Positions 50,489 to 61,411 of a DNA stretch of 64,000 nt are shown here, piece by piece (the stretch's first letter is position 1; every line of letters begins with the position of its first letter). Source of the DNA: Candidatus Eiseniibacteriota bacterium. Its GTDB lineage: Bacteria; Eisenbacteria; RBG-16-71-46; JABDJR01. A program made the translations under genes and the position numbers. The stretch is taken from contig CAVYIE010000002.1 of assembly GCA_963768615.1 (NCBI GenBank), positions 133,930 through 197,929 of the forward strand, in the 5' to 3' direction. Below the pieces are notes generated by a model. The model ran no database searches and had not been told where the DNA came from. It was given only the letters and a program-made list of their open reading frames with translations.

Positions 50489-50799
50489 CGGGGGGGGCTC
50501 CTTTGCGGGTGCGGGGAGGGTTCGTGCGGCTTTTCCCTCGCCGCGGGGACATGATGGTTCAATAAACACGCCTGAAGGCAGCCTCAGTATACGGGACCGC
50601 TATCGGGCGACCAAGGGAAAGCCGTCCCGGGGCCCCGCCAGCGCAGGGCCGCCGCGGCTTCATCGCGGGGTGGACCGGTCCACCGCGCATCGCGGCGGGC
50701 GGACAAGGGAAGAGGGCGCCCCGAAGGGCGCCCTCCCCAGGATCCGGGAACGGGGCGGCGGCCCGCGCCGGCCCGCCCCCCGGCGGCGATGGCCGGGGG

Positions 50800-52146
50800 T
50801 CAGATGGAGGCCTTGATGGCCTGGTCGAGGATCTCGACTCCCCGCTGGATCTCGGCGTCGGTGACGTTCAACGCGGGCCGGAACCGGATGCTCCGCGGAC
50901 CGCAGGGCAGGCTCAGCACCCCGTTGTCCCGCGCCTTGCCCAGCACCGTGTTTCGCATGTCGCCGTCGGCGAGGTCGAAGGCGGCCATGAGCCCCCGGCC
51001 CCGGGCCTGGGTCACCGCGGAGTACTTGCCCTCCAGTTCCCGGAGCCCCTTGAGCAGGGTCTCGCCGCGGAGCCGGGCGTTCTCCACCAGCTTCTCCTCC
51101 TCGATGATCTCGAGGTAGCGCTGGCCCCGCACCATGTCCACCAGGTTCCCGCCCCAGGTGGAGTTGATGCGGCTGGACTCCCGGAACACGTTCTTCTCCA
51201 CCTCGTCGAAGCGCTTCCCGCCCAGGAAGCCGCAGATCTGCATCTTCTTCCCGAAGGCCATTGCGTCGGGCTCCGCGCCCTCGAAATGCTCGAAGGCCCA
51301 GAACTTGCCGGTGAGGCCGACCCCGGTCTGGACCTCGTCGTAGATGAGGATGAAATCCAGGTCGTCGGCCAGGCGGCGCAGCTCCCTCAGGAACTCGCCC
51401 CGGAAGTGGTTGTCCCCGCCCTCGCCCTGGATGGGCTCGATGATGAGGGCGGCGATGTCGTCCCCGTAGCGCCCGGCGGCCTCGTGGATCTCGTGGACCG
51501 CCCGCCGCTCGGACTCCATCACCATCTCCAGGTTCATGCCCGTGAGCGGGTAGATGCACTTGGGATTCTCGATCCGCGGCCACTGGAACTTGGGGAAGAA
51601 CATCGTCTTCCGGGGGTCGGCGGTGTTGGTCAGGCTCATGGTGTAGCCGGTCCGCCCGTGGAAGCACTGGCGGAGGTGGATCACCTTGTTCCCGTACTCG
51701 CCGCGCACGCCCTTGGCCTGGTTCTTCCGCACCTTCCAGTCGAAGGATGCCTTGAGGGCGTTCTCCACCCCCAGGGCGCCTCCGGCCACGAAGAAGGCGT
51801 GGGGCAGGTAGTCGCGCTGGGCGATCCGGCGGAAGGTCTCCACGAACTCGGCGTATTCGACGGTGTAGACGTCGCTGTTGGCCGGATTGGAGACCGCGGC
51901 CCGGAGGAGCTTCTTCTGGAAGTCCGGGGACTTCATCTTGGGGTGGTTGTGGCCCACGGGCAGGCTGGCGAAGTAGGTGTAGAAGTCCAGGTACTCCTTG
52001 CCGTCCCGGGCGTCCACGAGCAGGGAGCCGTGGCTCTTGTCGAGGTCCACGACCACGTGGAACCCGTCCACGAGGATGGACTTCTTGAGGGTCTCGAAGA
52101 CGTCTTCGGGAGCGACCCGGTTGCGCTCGAAGGTCGGGGTGGACAT
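50800..52146 (-). CDS. lat: L-lysine 6-aminotransferase (lysine epsilon-aminotransferase, class III PLP transaminase)
   Basis: Colinear with actinobacterial/mycobacterial Lat over ~448 aa (FVAGGALGVENALKASFDWK, EPIQGEGGDNHFR, FILIYDEVQTGVGLTG, NSTWGGNL). Confidence 0.8.
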   Translation of the reverse strand: MSTPTFERNRVAPEDVFETLKKSILVDGFHVVVDLDKSHGSLLVDARDGKEYLDFYTYFASLPVGHNHPKMKSPDFQKKLLRAAVSNPANSDVYTVEYAEFVETFRRIAQRDYLPHAFFVAGGALGVENALKASFDWKVRKNQAKGVRGEYGNKVIHLRQCFHGRTGYTMSLTNTADPRKTMFFPKFQWPRIENPKCIYPLTGMNLEMVMESERRAVHEIHEAAGRYGDDIAALIIEPIQGEGGDNHFRGEFLRELRRLADDLDFILIYDEVQTGVGLTGKFWAFEHFEGAEPDAMAFGKKMQICGFLGGKRFDEVEKNVFRESSRINSTWGGNLVDMVRGQRYLEIIEEEKLVENARLRGETLLKGLRELEGKYSAVTQARGRGLMAAFDLADGDMRNTVLGKARDNGVLSLPCGPRSIRFRPALNVTDAEIQRGVEILDQAIKASI

Positions 52147-52608
52147 GGGATTTCCTTTCCGGATCGGAGCCCGGCGGGCTCCGGAGGATCGGCGGGCGGA
52201 CCCGCACTGCGACTCGTGCCGGGCGTCCCGGCCGTGGACGGGACGCGGGGAGACGGGAGGGCCCGGTACGGCTAGCCCCAGCCCCGGAAGGGGGAGTACC
52301 GAAACGACGTTTCGGGCTTGAGGATGGAGAACGTCAGCAAGCTCACCATGGAATCGGCACCGGTTCGGGGGCCCGTCCAGGAGGTCGCGAGGCGGTTCGC
52401 GAGCGGGATTCCGAGGCCCCAAGCGGCCCCAAGTCTATCAGGTGGCCCGAGGCCGGGTCCACAAAACTCGGACCGCTCCCGGCCCTGTAACCCGCATGAA
52501 TTGGGTTATTTAGCGCGGCGAGGGGCCCCGGGCGGGCGGGGCGGCGGGTGGGAGCCTCGGGCGCGCGGACGCGGGAGCCCGGGAGGGCCCGGCCGGCCCG
52601 GCTGCCGG

Positions 52609-53115
52609 CTAGGCGGAGCGGTAGTTCCCGAACCGCAGCTCCACCCCGAAGTCCTTGTCCTTGAGCATCTGGATCACCTCCTGGAGATCGTCCCGCTTGG
52701 GGCCGGTCACCCGGACCTGATCCTCCATGATGGCGGCCTGGACGCGCTTGAGCTTGGCGTCCTTGATGGCCTTCACGATCTCCCGGGCCAGCTCGCTGGA
52801 CAGCCCCTGGACCAGGTCGATCTTCTGGCGCACGGTGCCGGCGGCGGCGTCCTCGAGCTTCCCCCGCTGGAGGTTCTTGAGGGGGACCCCGCGCCGGATC
52901 ATCTTGGACTGGAGGACGTCCCACACCGCTTCCAGCTTGTAGCCGTCGGGGCCGGCCAGGACCAGGGCCCCCTCCTTGCGATCGAAGTCGATCTCGAACT
53001 TGACCCCCTTGAAGTCGTAGCGGTTGATCAGCTCCTTGCGGGCCTGGTTGACCGCGTTGTCCACTTCCTGGAGGTCCACCCCGGTGGTGATGTCGAAGGA
53101 TTCCTTGGCGGCCAT
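52609..53115 (-). CDS. yajQ: YajQ-family (UPF0234) nucleotide / cyclic-di-GMP-binding protein
   Basis: MAAKESFDITTGVDLQEVDNAVNQARKELINRYDFKG is the YajQ signature. 168 aa. Confidence 0.85.
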   Translation of the reverse strand: MAAKESFDITTGVDLQEVDNAVNQARKELINRYDFKGVKFEIDFDRKEGALVLAGPDGYKLEAVWDVLQSKMIRRGVPLKNLQRGKLEDAAAGTVRQKIDLVQGLSSELAREIVKAIKDAKLKRVQAAIMEDQVRVTGPKRDDLQEVIQMLKDKDFGVELRFGNYRSA

Positions 53116-53236
53116 GGCGTACTCCTGTTGGGGGCCCGGAACCCGACTGTACCGGTCGCGGCCGGGGCCGCCAAGGGCCCCGGAACTCCGGACCGGCCTT
53201 GTTTCCGGGGGTCTCCGGGGGTAGGCTATGTCGGCC

Positions 53237-54751
53237 ATGAAACCGTTGTTCAAGCGCGTTCTGGTGGCCAATCGCGGCGAGATCGCGGTGCGGGTGAGCC
53301 GGGCCCTCCGGGAGGAGGGGATCGAGTCGGTGGCGGTGTTCAGCGACGCCGACCGCGACTCCCTGCACGTGCGCTTCGCCGACCACGCCTACCGGATCGG
53401 CCCCCCGCCCTCCGCCGAGTCCTACCTGAACCAGGAGGCCATCCTGGACGCCGCCCGCCGTTCCGGCGCGGAGGCCATCCACCCCGGCTACGGGTTCCTG
53501 TCCGAGAACGCCGCCTTCGCCCGGGCGGTGCGGGAGGCCGGCCTCACCTTCATCGGCCCCGACGCCGACACCATCGGCGCCATGGGGGACAAGCTCCAGG
53601 CCCGGGCCGCGGCCCGCGCCGCCGGGGTGCCGGTGGTGCCGGGCAGTCCGGGCCCGGTGGCGGACCCCGATCAGGCGGCGGCCACGGCGGCGGAGATCGG
53701 CTACCCGGTCATGCTCAAGGCCTCCGCCGGGGGCGGGGGCAAGGGAATGCGCATCGTCCGCGACGAGCGCGAGCTGCGCACCGCCTTCGACCTCACCCGC
53801 GGGGAGGCCGAGAACGCCTTCGGCGACGGGACCCTGTACCTGGAGAAGTTCGTGGAGCGCCCGCGCCACATCGAGATCCAGGTCATGGGGGACGGCCGGG
53901 GGAACCTGGTCCACCTCGGCGAACGCGAGTGCTCGCTCCAGCGCCGGAACCAGAAGGTGGTGGAGGAGGCTCCCTCCACGGTGGTGGACGCCCGGCTGCG
54001 GGCGGAGATGGGCGAGGCGGCGGTGCGCCTGGCCCGGGCGGTGAACTACCGCAACGCGGGCACGGTGGAGTTCATCCACGGAGCCGGCGGGCAGTACTAC
54101 TTCCTGGAGATGAACACCCGCCTCCAGGTGGAGCACCCGGTCACGGAGCTGGTCTACGGAGTGGACCTGGTCCGGGAACAGCTCCGGGTGGCGGCGGGAC
54201 TCCCCCTGTCCTGGAAGCAGGAGGAGCTGGTCCCCAAGGGCTGGGCCATCGAGTGCCGCATCTACGCCGAGGATCCCTTCAACGGCTTCCTCCCCTCCCT
54301 GGGGACGATCTCCCGCCTCCGGGCGGCGGCGGGACCGGGGATCCGGAACGACATCGGGATCATGTCCGGGGTCGAGGTCTCGCGCTGGTACGACCCCATG
54401 CTGGGCAAGCTCATCGTCCACGGGGCGGACCGGGAGGAGGCCCGCCGGCGCATGCTCCGCTCCCTGGGCGAGGCCCTGGTGGAGGGCGTGCGCACCAACA
54501 TCCCCTTCCACCGCTGGGTCCTGGCCCGGGAGGAGTTCATCCGGGGGGAGTTCGACACCCGCTTCATCGAGACCGTGTTCAAGGACATGGTCTTCGAACC
54601 CAACCCGGAGCGGGAGCGGGCGGCGGTCATCGCCGCGGTGATCGCGGTGCACGAGGAGAGCCGGCGGCTGCGGCCGGAGCGCGGCGGGAACGGCGGGGTG
54701 AATCCCTGGCGGCTCCTGGGGCGCCCGGGCGCGCTGTCGCGGGAGCGCTGA
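53237..54751 (+). CDS. Biotin carboxylase subunit of an acyl-CoA carboxylase (AccC-like)
   Basis: [19 protein letters not shown]-grasp, [14 protein letters not shown] motifs. 505 aa, no fused carrier domain. Confidence 0.9.
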   Translation: MKPLFKRVLVANRGEIAVRVSRALREEGIESVAVFSDADRDSLHVRFADHAYRIGPPPSAESYLNQEAILDAARRSGAEAIHPGYGFLSENAAFARAVREAGLTFIGPDADTIGAMGDKLQARAAARAAGVPVVPGSPGPVADPDQAAATAAEIGYPVMLKASAGGGGKGMRIVRDERELRTAFDLTRGEAENAFGDGTLYLEKFVERPRHIEIQVMGDGRGNLVHLGERECSLQRRNQKVVEEAPSTVVDARLRAEMGEAAVRLARAVNYRNAGTVEFIHGAGGQYYFLEMNTRLQVEHPVTELVYGVDLVREQLRVAAGLPLSWKQEELVPKGWAIECRIYAEDPFNGFLPSLGTISRLRAAAGPGIRNDIGIMSGVEVSRWYDPMLGKLIVHGADREEARRRMLRSLGEALVEGVRTNIPFHRWVLAREEFIRGEFDTRFIETVFKDMVFEPNPERERAAVIAAVIAVHEESRRLRPERGGNGGVNPWRLLGRPGALSRER

Positions 54752-54753
54752 GC

Positions 54754-55272
54754 ATGTCCGCACGCTACATCGTCCACAACGGCCGGGAGCCGGTCACGGT
54801 GACCATCGTCGAGGACGGCGACGGCTACCGGCTGGAGCTGGACGGCGAGACGGTGCGGGTGGACACCCGTTCCGTGCCCGGGAGCCCCACCCGCTCGCTC
54901 CTGATCGACGGCCGAAGCTACGAGGCGGCCACCATGGCCGTCCGCGACGGCCTGGACGTGTACATCTCCGGCGAGGTGTACCGGGTCCGGGTCACCGACG
55001 AGCTGTGGGCGCGGGCCGAGGCCGCCGCCCACGCGGCGGGGGCGGGCGAGGAGATCGCCTCCCCCATGCCGGGAGCGGTGGTGAAGGTGCTGGTGGAGGA
55101 GGGCGCGGCCGTGGACCCCGGGGACACCGTGGTCGTGGTCGAGGCCATGAAGATGCAGAACGACCTCGCCGCGGTGCGCGGCGGGGTGGTCAAGGAGATC
55201 CGCGTCCGGGCCGGCGACGTGGTCGAACAGGGCACGGTGCTGGTGGTCCTGGGGGCGGAGGAGGAGGCATGA
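54754..55272 (+). CDS. Biotin-carrier (biotinyl/lipoyl) domain protein
   Basis: C-terminal biotinyl domain with the EAMKMQN biotinylation motif. Start 3 nt after the accC-like stop; stop overlaps the next start (ATGA). Confidence 0.8.
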   Translation: MSARYIVHNGREPVTVTIVEDGDGYRLELDGETVRVDTRSVPGSPTRSLLIDGRSYEAATMAVRDGLDVYISGEVYRVRVTDELWARAEAAAHAAGAGEEIASPMPGAVVKVLVEEGAAVDPGDTVVVVEAMKMQNDLAAVRGGVVKEIRVRAGDVVEQGTVLVVLGAEEEA

Positions 55273-56936
55273 TGGGCGGGGACCGGGGCGGACGGGCGAC
55301 GGAACCGGAGCGGAAGGCGGAGAAGCCGGCGCGGAGCGGCGGCGGGCGGATGCGGAAGGAGCGGTTCGAGACCACCTCCGGGTTCGAGATCCGGGGGTCC
55401 TACGGCCCCGGCGACCTGGAGGGGTTCGACCCCCGGCGGGACCTCGGGGAGCCGGGCGCCGCGCCCTACACCCGGGGCGTGTACCCCACCATGTACCGCG
55501 GCCGCCTGTGGACCATGCGCCAGTACGCCGGCTTCGGGGACGCCGCCGACACCAACCGCCGGTTCAAGTACCTGCTGGAGGCGGGGCAGACCGGGCTCTC
55601 CACCGCCTTCGACCTTCCCACCCAGATGGGCTACGACTCCGACCACGCCATGGCCGCGGGCGAGGTGGGCAAGGTGGGGGTGGCCATCGACTCCATCGAG
55701 GACATGCGCACCCTCCTGGACGGGATCCCCCTGGACCGGGTCTCCACCTCCATGACCATCAACGCCACCGCGGCGGTGCTGCTGGCCATGTACCTGGTGG
55801 TGGCCGAGGAGCAGGGGGTGGGCTGGGACAAGGTCTCGGGGACGGTCCAGAACGACCTGCTCAAGGAGTACGTGGCCCGGGGCACCTACATCTATCCGGT
55901 GCGGCCCTCGCTGCGGATCACCACCGACATCTTCGCCTTCTGCCGGGATCACGTGCCGGGCTGGAACACCATCTCCATCTCCGGCTACCACATCCGCGAG
56001 GCCGGCTCCACCGCGGCCCAGGAGCTGGCCTTCACCCTGGCCGACGCCCGGGTGTACGTGCGGGAGGCGGTGAACCGGGGCCTGGCCGTGGACGACTTCG
56101 CCCCCCGGCTCTCGTTCTTCTTCAACGCCCATTCCAACCTCCTGGAAGAGGTGGCCAAGTTCCGGGCCGCCCGCCGGCTCTGGTACCGGATCATGACCGA
56201 GGAGTTCGGGGCCAAGGATCCCAAGAGCTGCCTGCTGCGGTTCCACGCCCAGACCGCGGGGTCCTCGCTCACCGCCCAGCAGCCGGAGAACAACATCGTC
56301 CGCACCGCCATCGAGGCCCTGGCCGCGGTCCTCGGCGGGGCCCAGTCCGTCCACACCAACAGCATGGACGAGGCCCTGGGGCTCCCCACCGAGAAGGCGG
56401 TCCGGACCGCGCTCCGCACCCAGCAGATCCTGGCCGAGGAGTCCGGGGTGGCCGACACCGCCGATCCCCTGGGCGGGGCCTACTACCTGGAGCACCTCAC
56501 CGACCGGCTGGAGGAGGCCGCCCGGGACTACTTCGCCGAGATCGAGAAGAGGGGGGGGATGATCGCCTGCATCGAGGCGGGCTGGGTCCAGCGGGAGATC
56601 CACCAGGCCGCCTACCGCTACCAGCGCGCGGTGGAGACCGGGGAGCAGGTGGTGGTGGGGGTGAACCGGTACACGGTGGCCGAGCCTCCGCCCGAGATCT
56701 TCGCGATGGACCCCGCCCTGGAGGCGGCCCAGAAGGAGCGCGTGGCCCGGGTGCGGGCGGAGCGGGACGACGGCGCCGTGCGCCGGGAGCTGGCCCGCCT
56801 GGACGAGGCCGCCCGGGGGGAGGCCAACCTGGTGGCGGTGATCGTGGACGCGGTCCGGGTCCGGGCCACCCTGGGAGAGATCTCCGATGTGCTCCGCAGG
56901 GTGTACGGGACCTTCGACCAGCACGGGAGCGCCTAG
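55269..56936 (+). CDS. Methylmalonyl-CoA mutase-family large (catalytic, substrate-binding) subunit, without a fused B12-binding domain
   Basis: 555 aa, colinear with the MCM alpha catalytic TIM-barrel ([46 protein letters not shown]). Ends before the B12-binding module; no B12 subunit is adjacent. Confidence 0.85.
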   Translation: MMGGDRGGRATEPERKAEKPARSGGGRMRKERFETTSGFEIRGSYGPGDLEGFDPRRDLGEPGAAPYTRGVYPTMYRGRLWTMRQYAGFGDAADTNRRFKYLLEAGQTGLSTAFDLPTQMGYDSDHAMAAGEVGKVGVAIDSIEDMRTLLDGIPLDRVSTSMTINATAAVLLAMYLVVAEEQGVGWDKVSGTVQNDLLKEYVARGTYIYPVRPSLRITTDIFAFCRDHVPGWNTISISGYHIREAGSTAAQELAFTLADARVYVREAVNRGLAVDDFAPRLSFFFNAHSNLLEEVAKFRAARRLWYRIMTEEFGAKDPKSCLLRFHAQTAGSSLTAQQPENNIVRTAIEALAAVLGGAQSVHTNSMDEALGLPTEKAVRTALRTQQILAEESGVADTADPLGGAYYLEHLTDRLEEAARDYFAEIEKRGGMIACIEAGWVQREIHQAAYRYQRAVETGEQVVVGVNRYTVAEPPPEIFAMDPALEAAQKERVARVRAERDDGAVRRELARLDEAARGEANLVAVIVDAVRVRATLGEISDVLRRVYGTFDQHGSA

Positions 56937-57055
56937 GCCCGCTCTCGCGTGGGCCCCGGGGCCCGTTCCGGACCGCCGCGGGGCCGAAGCCATGAAAGCG
57001 GGGGTGGGCGCCCCGGGCACCCACCCCCTCGCCGCCGATGCCGGGAGATCCGGCC

Positions 57056-58177
57056 TCAGTTGTCCCCGGCGTACTTCTTCTTGAGCGCCCCCCAGGAGGA
57101 CGTCTCCCCCACCGTGCCCGGCTCCCCGGCCGGCGCCACCCCGGGAGAGGCGGGGTCCAGCACGCTCACCCGCCCGTCCTGGACGCTCACCGAGAGGTCG
57201 CCCAGTCCCCGGGCGGCCAGGCCGTCGTGGAGCGCGGCGGCCAGCTCGGCGTCGGTCATGGAGGCCGGGTCGTCCACGGTCACGGAGGCGGAGCGGTCCC
57301 CGGCGGTCACGTCCAGGCTCAGGTGCTCCCCGGCCTCGTCGCGCAGGCGGCGGACCCCGACCGCCACCCGGGACTGCTCGTCCGGGACCTCCCCCCCGGT
57401 CGTGATCTGGATCTCCGGCTCCACCGCCGGCCCGGTCCCCGGCTCGCCCTGGGACTCGGCCTGGACCTGCACCTCCATCCGGTCCGGGCTCTCGCGGTTC
57501 ACCGTGACCTGGGCGTTGGGCACGCCGGCCTCGGAGAGACGGGCGGCGATCTCGCTCTCCAGCTCGGCGTCGGTCTTGCCGTCCGCCTCCACCCGGATCA
57601 CGTTGTCGCGCACCATGGCGTACACCGAGCCCGACACCTTCCGCTTCAGGGGCTCCAGGTCCGTGCTCACGGTGTAGCCCTTGCCGGTGAGGGTGCCGGC
57701 GAAGGCCGCGGCCACCCCCCCGGCCGAGACGCCGGTGCCGGCGGGGACGTCGGCGGCGAGGGTGAACACGGTCCCCGCGTCGCCGGCCTCGGCCTGGAGG
57801 CGGACCGCCTCCACCCCGAGGGCGGACTTGAATTCCCGGGCCACCTGGCCGGCCACGGCCGGGGTCAGGTCGGGGCCGGAGAGGTCCAGGGTCACCCGTT
57901 GCCCCACCGTGCGCTGGTAGGACACCGGGATCAGGAGCAGGGCGGCGGCCACGGCCACCGCGCCGGCAGCGGCGGCGAGCCGGGGCAGGGTTCCGAACCG
58001 GAAGCGTCGGGTCATGCGTCGTTCCTCCATGCCCCGCGCCGGAGCGGGGGCCAGGTCGTCGAGCGATAGCGCGTCCCTCCGGGAGCGCGCCCCCAGGGCG
58101 CCCAGGTCCCGGTCGATGCGGGCATCGTTCGAGGTTGATTCCGGGGACCCGGACCGGGTCCCGAACTCAGTGGTCAT
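57056..58177 (-). CDS. Putative membrane-spanning anti-sigma factor cognate to the upstream ECF sigma factor
   Basis: Immediately downstream of, and overlapping, the ECF sigma gene. Cytoplasmic N-terminus, one TM (LAAAAGAVAVAAALLLIPV), periplasmic domain. Call is by position; no recognisable conserved domain. Confidence 0.45.
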   Translation of the reverse strand: MTTEFGTRSGSPESTSNDARIDRDLGALGARSRRDALSLDDLAPAPARGMEERRMTRRFRFGTLPRLAAAAGAVAVAAALLLIPVSYQRTVGQRVTLDLSGPDLTPAVAGQVAREFKSALGVEAVRLQAEAGDAGTVFTLAADVPAGTGVSAGGVAAAFAGTLTGKGYTVSTDLEPLKRKVSGSVYAMVRDNVIRVEADGKTDAELESEIAARLSEAGVPNAQVTVNRESPDRMEVQVQAESQGEPGTGPAVEPEIQITTGGEVPDEQSRVAVGVRRLRDEAGEHLSLDVTAGDRSASVTVDDPASMTDAELAAALHDGLAARGLGDLSVSVQDGRVSVLDPASPGVAPAGEPGTVGETSSWGALKKKYAGDN

Positions 58178-58844
58178 AGCGCCCTCCTCGTCTGGAGTGG
58201 CTGTCGGGCACGGAGGAATAGACGGGGGACAGGAGCCCGGGGGGCGCCCCGGGGTCGGACCGGTCCCGGCCGCGGGCGGACCCGGGAGGAGGCGGCACCG
58301 CCTCCGGCGCGTCCGCGCGGTCGAGCCCGAGGGCCCGGTAATGGCGCCGGAGCCGCTCCCGGCCCCGCAGCACCCGGGATTTGACCGCGGACAGCGAAAC
58401 CCGTTGCATGGCTGCGATCTCCTCCAGGGTGAACCCCTCGATCACGTGAAGCACCACCGCCTCCCGTTGCACCGCGGGCAGCCGGGCCAGGGCCCGGGCC
58501 GCCCGGCGGGCGCCGAGAAACTCCTCCGCGTCGGCCTGGCCGTCCCTTCCCGCCGGCTCCCGGCCGCCGGCGTCGTCCAGGGGCAGGAATCGCCGCCAGA
58601 ACGCCCGCCGGCTGCGGGACCGGTGCAGGGAAAGGAGCACCGCGAAGAACCAGGAACGGAAACGGGACTCGTCCCGCAGGGTGTCGAGCTTGCGGAAGGC
58701 GCGGAGGACCGCCTCCTGGTAGAGGTCGTCCCCCTCGTCCGGCGACCGGCTCAGGTTCCGCGCGGTCGCCGCCGCCTGCTCGTGGATCGGGTCGAGGAGG
58801 CGGAGCAATCTCCGCCATCGCCCGTCCGCATCGGTTCGCTTCAT
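58167..58844 (-). CDS. ECF-type RNA polymerase sigma-70 family factor
   Basis: Region 2 (DDLYQEAVLRAFRKLDTL...RFRSWFFAV) and region 4 (TLEEIAAMQRVSLSAVKSRVLRGRERL). Confidence 0.85.
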   Translation of the reverse strand: MKRTDADGRWRRLLRLLDPIHEQAAATARNLSRSPDEGDDLYQEAVLRAFRKLDTLRDESRFRSWFFAVLLSLHRSRSRRAFWRRFLPLDDAGGREPAGRDGQADAEEFLGARRAARALARLPAVQREAVVLHVIEGFTLEEIAAMQRVSLSAVKSRVLRGRERLRRHYRALGLDRADAPEAVPPPPGSARGRDRSDPGAPPGLLSPVYSSVPDSHSRRGGRYDH

Positions 58845-58965
58845 GCACCCTCCGGAAGGTGTCGGCGTTTTCGGCCTTCATGGAGGAGACGCTTCGAGGG
58901 GCCGGAAAGGATGCAGCTGATTGTAGGGGATCGGTCCGGATCCGGCGGGACCCGGGTTCCGGCCG

Positions 58966-59021
58966 GGGCCAGGGGCCAGGGGCCGGGAGCCGGGCCAGGG
59001 GCCAGGGGCCGGGAGCCGGAC
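58966..59021. repeat. GC-rich ~27-bp tandem duplication (gccaggggccaggggccgggagccgg x2) in a 675-bp untranslated gap
   Basis: Two direct adjacent copies at 58967-58993 and 58994-59020 between the divergent ECF sigma and mce genes. Confidence 0.7.
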
Positions 59022-59524
59022 CAGGGGCGCCGCTCCCCCGGCCGGAGGCGGCGCGGCCGGAGGCGGCGAAAGAACACCCTCTCCGCCCCCGGCCGTCCGG
59101 CGAGGAGGCCTGGGGCGACCGGACGGCCGGGAAACGGAGAAGGCAGGTCGGCCGGGATGCGGCCCGGGCGGCCCCGGCCCCAAGGAGGGCGAAAGGCCGG
59201 GGGCGGCCGAGCCGCACCACGGAACCGGTCGGCGGTGCCGGATCGGGCTGCGTTGTCGGTGCCGCCCGGTTCCGCGTGGCGGACTTCTCCCAATGCAAGG
59301 CCGGGGCCAATCCGGGCCCCGGCCGGCCGGCGTAACCGCCGGAGTCTCGGGGGGGCGGACGGCGGAGCAGGGGGCGGGCGACGAAGGCCGGGGGAAGGGC
59401 GACGGCCCGGCGTCGGCCCGGCCCCGAAAACCCCTCCCGGCGTCGTGCTATCCTTGATCCGAGGCTTCGCCGATCCGGTACGGCATCCCCCGGCGCGGGC
59501 CGCTCACTTCGCCAAGGAGCAATC

Positions 59525-59938
59525 ATGATCCGCCGGCTCGACCACATCGGCATCGCGGTCCGGGACCTGGAGGCCGCCGTCCGCACCTACACCGAAGGGC
59601 TCGGCCTCCGCTGCGAGCACCGGGAAACGGTGGAGGATCAGAAGACCAGGACCGCCTTCCTGCCCGTGGGCGAGACCCACGTGGAGCTTCTGGAGACGCT
59701 CTCCCCGGACGGACCGATCGGGAAGTTCGTGGAGAAACGGGGCGAGGGCATCCACCATCTCTGCTTCGAGGTCGAGGACATCGGCCGGGCGCTGGCCGCC
59801 TGCGAGGCGGCGGGCATGACCCTGATCGACCGGGAGCCCCGGGCGGGGGCCCACAACAAGTGGGTGGCCTTCGTCCATCCCCGGAGCACCCACGGGGTGC
59901 TTCTGGAGCTGAGCCAGGATCGCGGCGGCGCCGACTGA
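59525..59938 (+). CDS. mce: Methylmalonyl-CoA epimerase (VOC/glyoxalase-fold)
   Basis: 137 aa. LDHIGIAVRDLEAAVRTY...GIHHLCFEVEDI...GVLLEL matches the MCE pattern. Confidence 0.85.
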   Translation: MIRRLDHIGIAVRDLEAAVRTYTEGLGLRCEHRETVEDQKTRTAFLPVGETHVELLETLSPDGPIGKFVEKRGEGIHHLCFEVEDIGRALAACEAAGMTLIDREPRAGAHNKWVAFVHPRSTHGVLLELSQDRGGAD

Positions 59939-59969
59939 CGGCGGGCGCCGGCCACCGGGGGAACGCATC

Positions 59970-60503
59970 ATGAAGAGCGAGGCCGAGGTCCTGGGGAGCG
60001 AACCGCTCCTGACCGACCGCAGCGCCCACACCTTCGGGACCGATGGCGAGCGGTTCAACGTGCGTTCCAACGGGGTGCTCACCCTGACCGGCGACCGGCT
60101 CCTCTTCGAACACGCCCTCACCGGCGTCCGGGTGGAGATCCCGGTGGCGGAGATCGAGAGCGTGTCCCTGGGGGTCTGGCACCGGCGTCCCAGGCGCCCC
60201 GAGAACCTGCTGCGCATCCTCTACCGGGGAAACCTCCTCTTCGCGGTGGCGGTGGCCCGTCCCCAGGCGTGGTTGAACGCGATCGAGCACCTCACCCTGC
60301 CCCCGGACCGGAGGACCCCGGTGGTCCGGCGGGCCCCCGTGCACCGGGAGATTCCCCGGGTCCGGCTCATCGTGGTGCTGGTGCTGCTGTTCGTGGCCCT
60401 GCTCACCGTGGTCCTCCCCCTCTTCTTCACCTGGATGCACACCCGCACCGTGCGGGAAGTGGGCGGCGAGGCTCCGCCCCAGTCCACCGGAACCACGGGG
60501 TGA
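59970..60503 (+). CDS. Hypothetical protein with a PH/GRAM-like N-domain and C-terminal TM helix
   Basis: ORF with a C-terminal hydrophobic helix (LIVVLVLLFVALLTVVLPLFF). No confident family call. Confidence 0.35.
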   Translation: MKSEAEVLGSEPLLTDRSAHTFGTDGERFNVRSNGVLTLTGDRLLFEHALTGVRVEIPVAEIESVSLGVWHRRPRRPENLLRILYRGNLLFAVAVARPQAWLNAIEHLTLPPDRRTPVVRRAPVHREIPRVRLIVVLVLLFVALLTVVLPLFFTWMHTRTVREVGGEAPPQSTGTTG

Positions 60504-61300
60504 GCCCGGACCCCCTCTTCTCCCATGCCGGGCGCCGGGTGGTGCTGACCGGAGGCGGTTCGGGCATCGGCCGCGCCGCCGCCCTCGCCTTCGCCGGACG
60601 GGGAGCGCGGGTGATGATCCTGGGCCGGGGGGAGGAGGCGCTGGCGGAGACGGTGCGCCGGGGAGCCGGAGCCGCGGCGGCCGCGGGGGGCGAGATCCGG
60701 GGGCGGAGGGCCGACGTGACCCGCCCCGGGGACCTGGAGGCCGCCGCCGAGGCCGCCGCCGCCGCCTGGGGGGCGATCGACGTCTGGATCAACAACGCCG
60801 GGGCCTCGGAGCGGGCGGTGCTGCCCGAGCCCGGGGCCGACGCGGACCACCTGGAGCGGCTCCTGTCCGTGAACGTGACCGGGGTGTGGAACGGCTGCCG
60901 CGCCGCGGTGGCCCGCATGCGGGGCCGGGGCGGGGTCATCCTCAACGTCTCCTCGTACCTCTCCCGCCACGCCGGGGCCTCGGCCGGCGTTCCCGCCTAC
61001 ACCGCGTCCAAGGGGGCGGTGAGCGCGCTGACCCGCTCCCTGGCCGTGCGCCACGGGCCGGACGGGATCCGGGTGAACTCGGTGGCCCCGGCCCTGGTCC
61101 TCACCGGATTCAACCGGGAGCTGTGGGAGGACTCCCCGGACCTCCTCACCCGGGCCCGGGAGCTGGGGGAGCGCTATCCCCTGGGCCGGTGCGGCCTGCC
61201 CGGGGACGTGGCCGCGGCGCTGCTCTTCCTGGCCAGCGACGAGGCGGGCTGGATCACCGGCCACGAGCTGGTGGTGGACGGCGGGGTGAGCGCGCGCTGA
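60500..61300 (+). CDS. SDR-family short-chain dehydrogenase/reductase
   Basis: TGGGSGIGRA Rossmann motif, NNAG, catalytic YTASK. GTG start at 60500 overlaps the upstream stop (alternative GTG at 60537). Confidence 0.8.
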   Translation: MSPDPLFSHAGRRVVLTGGGSGIGRAAALAFAGRGARVMILGRGEEALAETVRRGAGAAAAAGGEIRGRRADVTRPGDLEAAAEAAAAAWGAIDVWINNAGASERAVLPEPGADADHLERLLSVNVTGVWNGCRAAVARMRGRGGVILNVSSYLSRHAGASAGVPAYTASKGAVSALTRSLAVRHGPDGIRVNSVAPALVLTGFNRELWEDSPDLLTRARELGERYPLGRCGLPGDVAAALLFLASDEAGWITGHELVVDGGVSAR

Positions 61301-61411
61301 CCGTGCCCCGGGCCCCGGTGGAAGCGGTCTCGTGGGGGACGCTGAAGTCGCGGTATCGTTAGGGCCCGCGCCGGGTGGTCCGGCCGCGGATCACTCACGG
61401 AGTCCGGAACC

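Noticed and set aside
52343-57020. ORFs 52343-54763 (-), 54918-57020 (-), 52318-54753 (+ frame 1 portion), 55508-56995 (+)
   Set aside because: Antisense or alternative-frame to the accC-like, carrier and MCM genes. No domain content.
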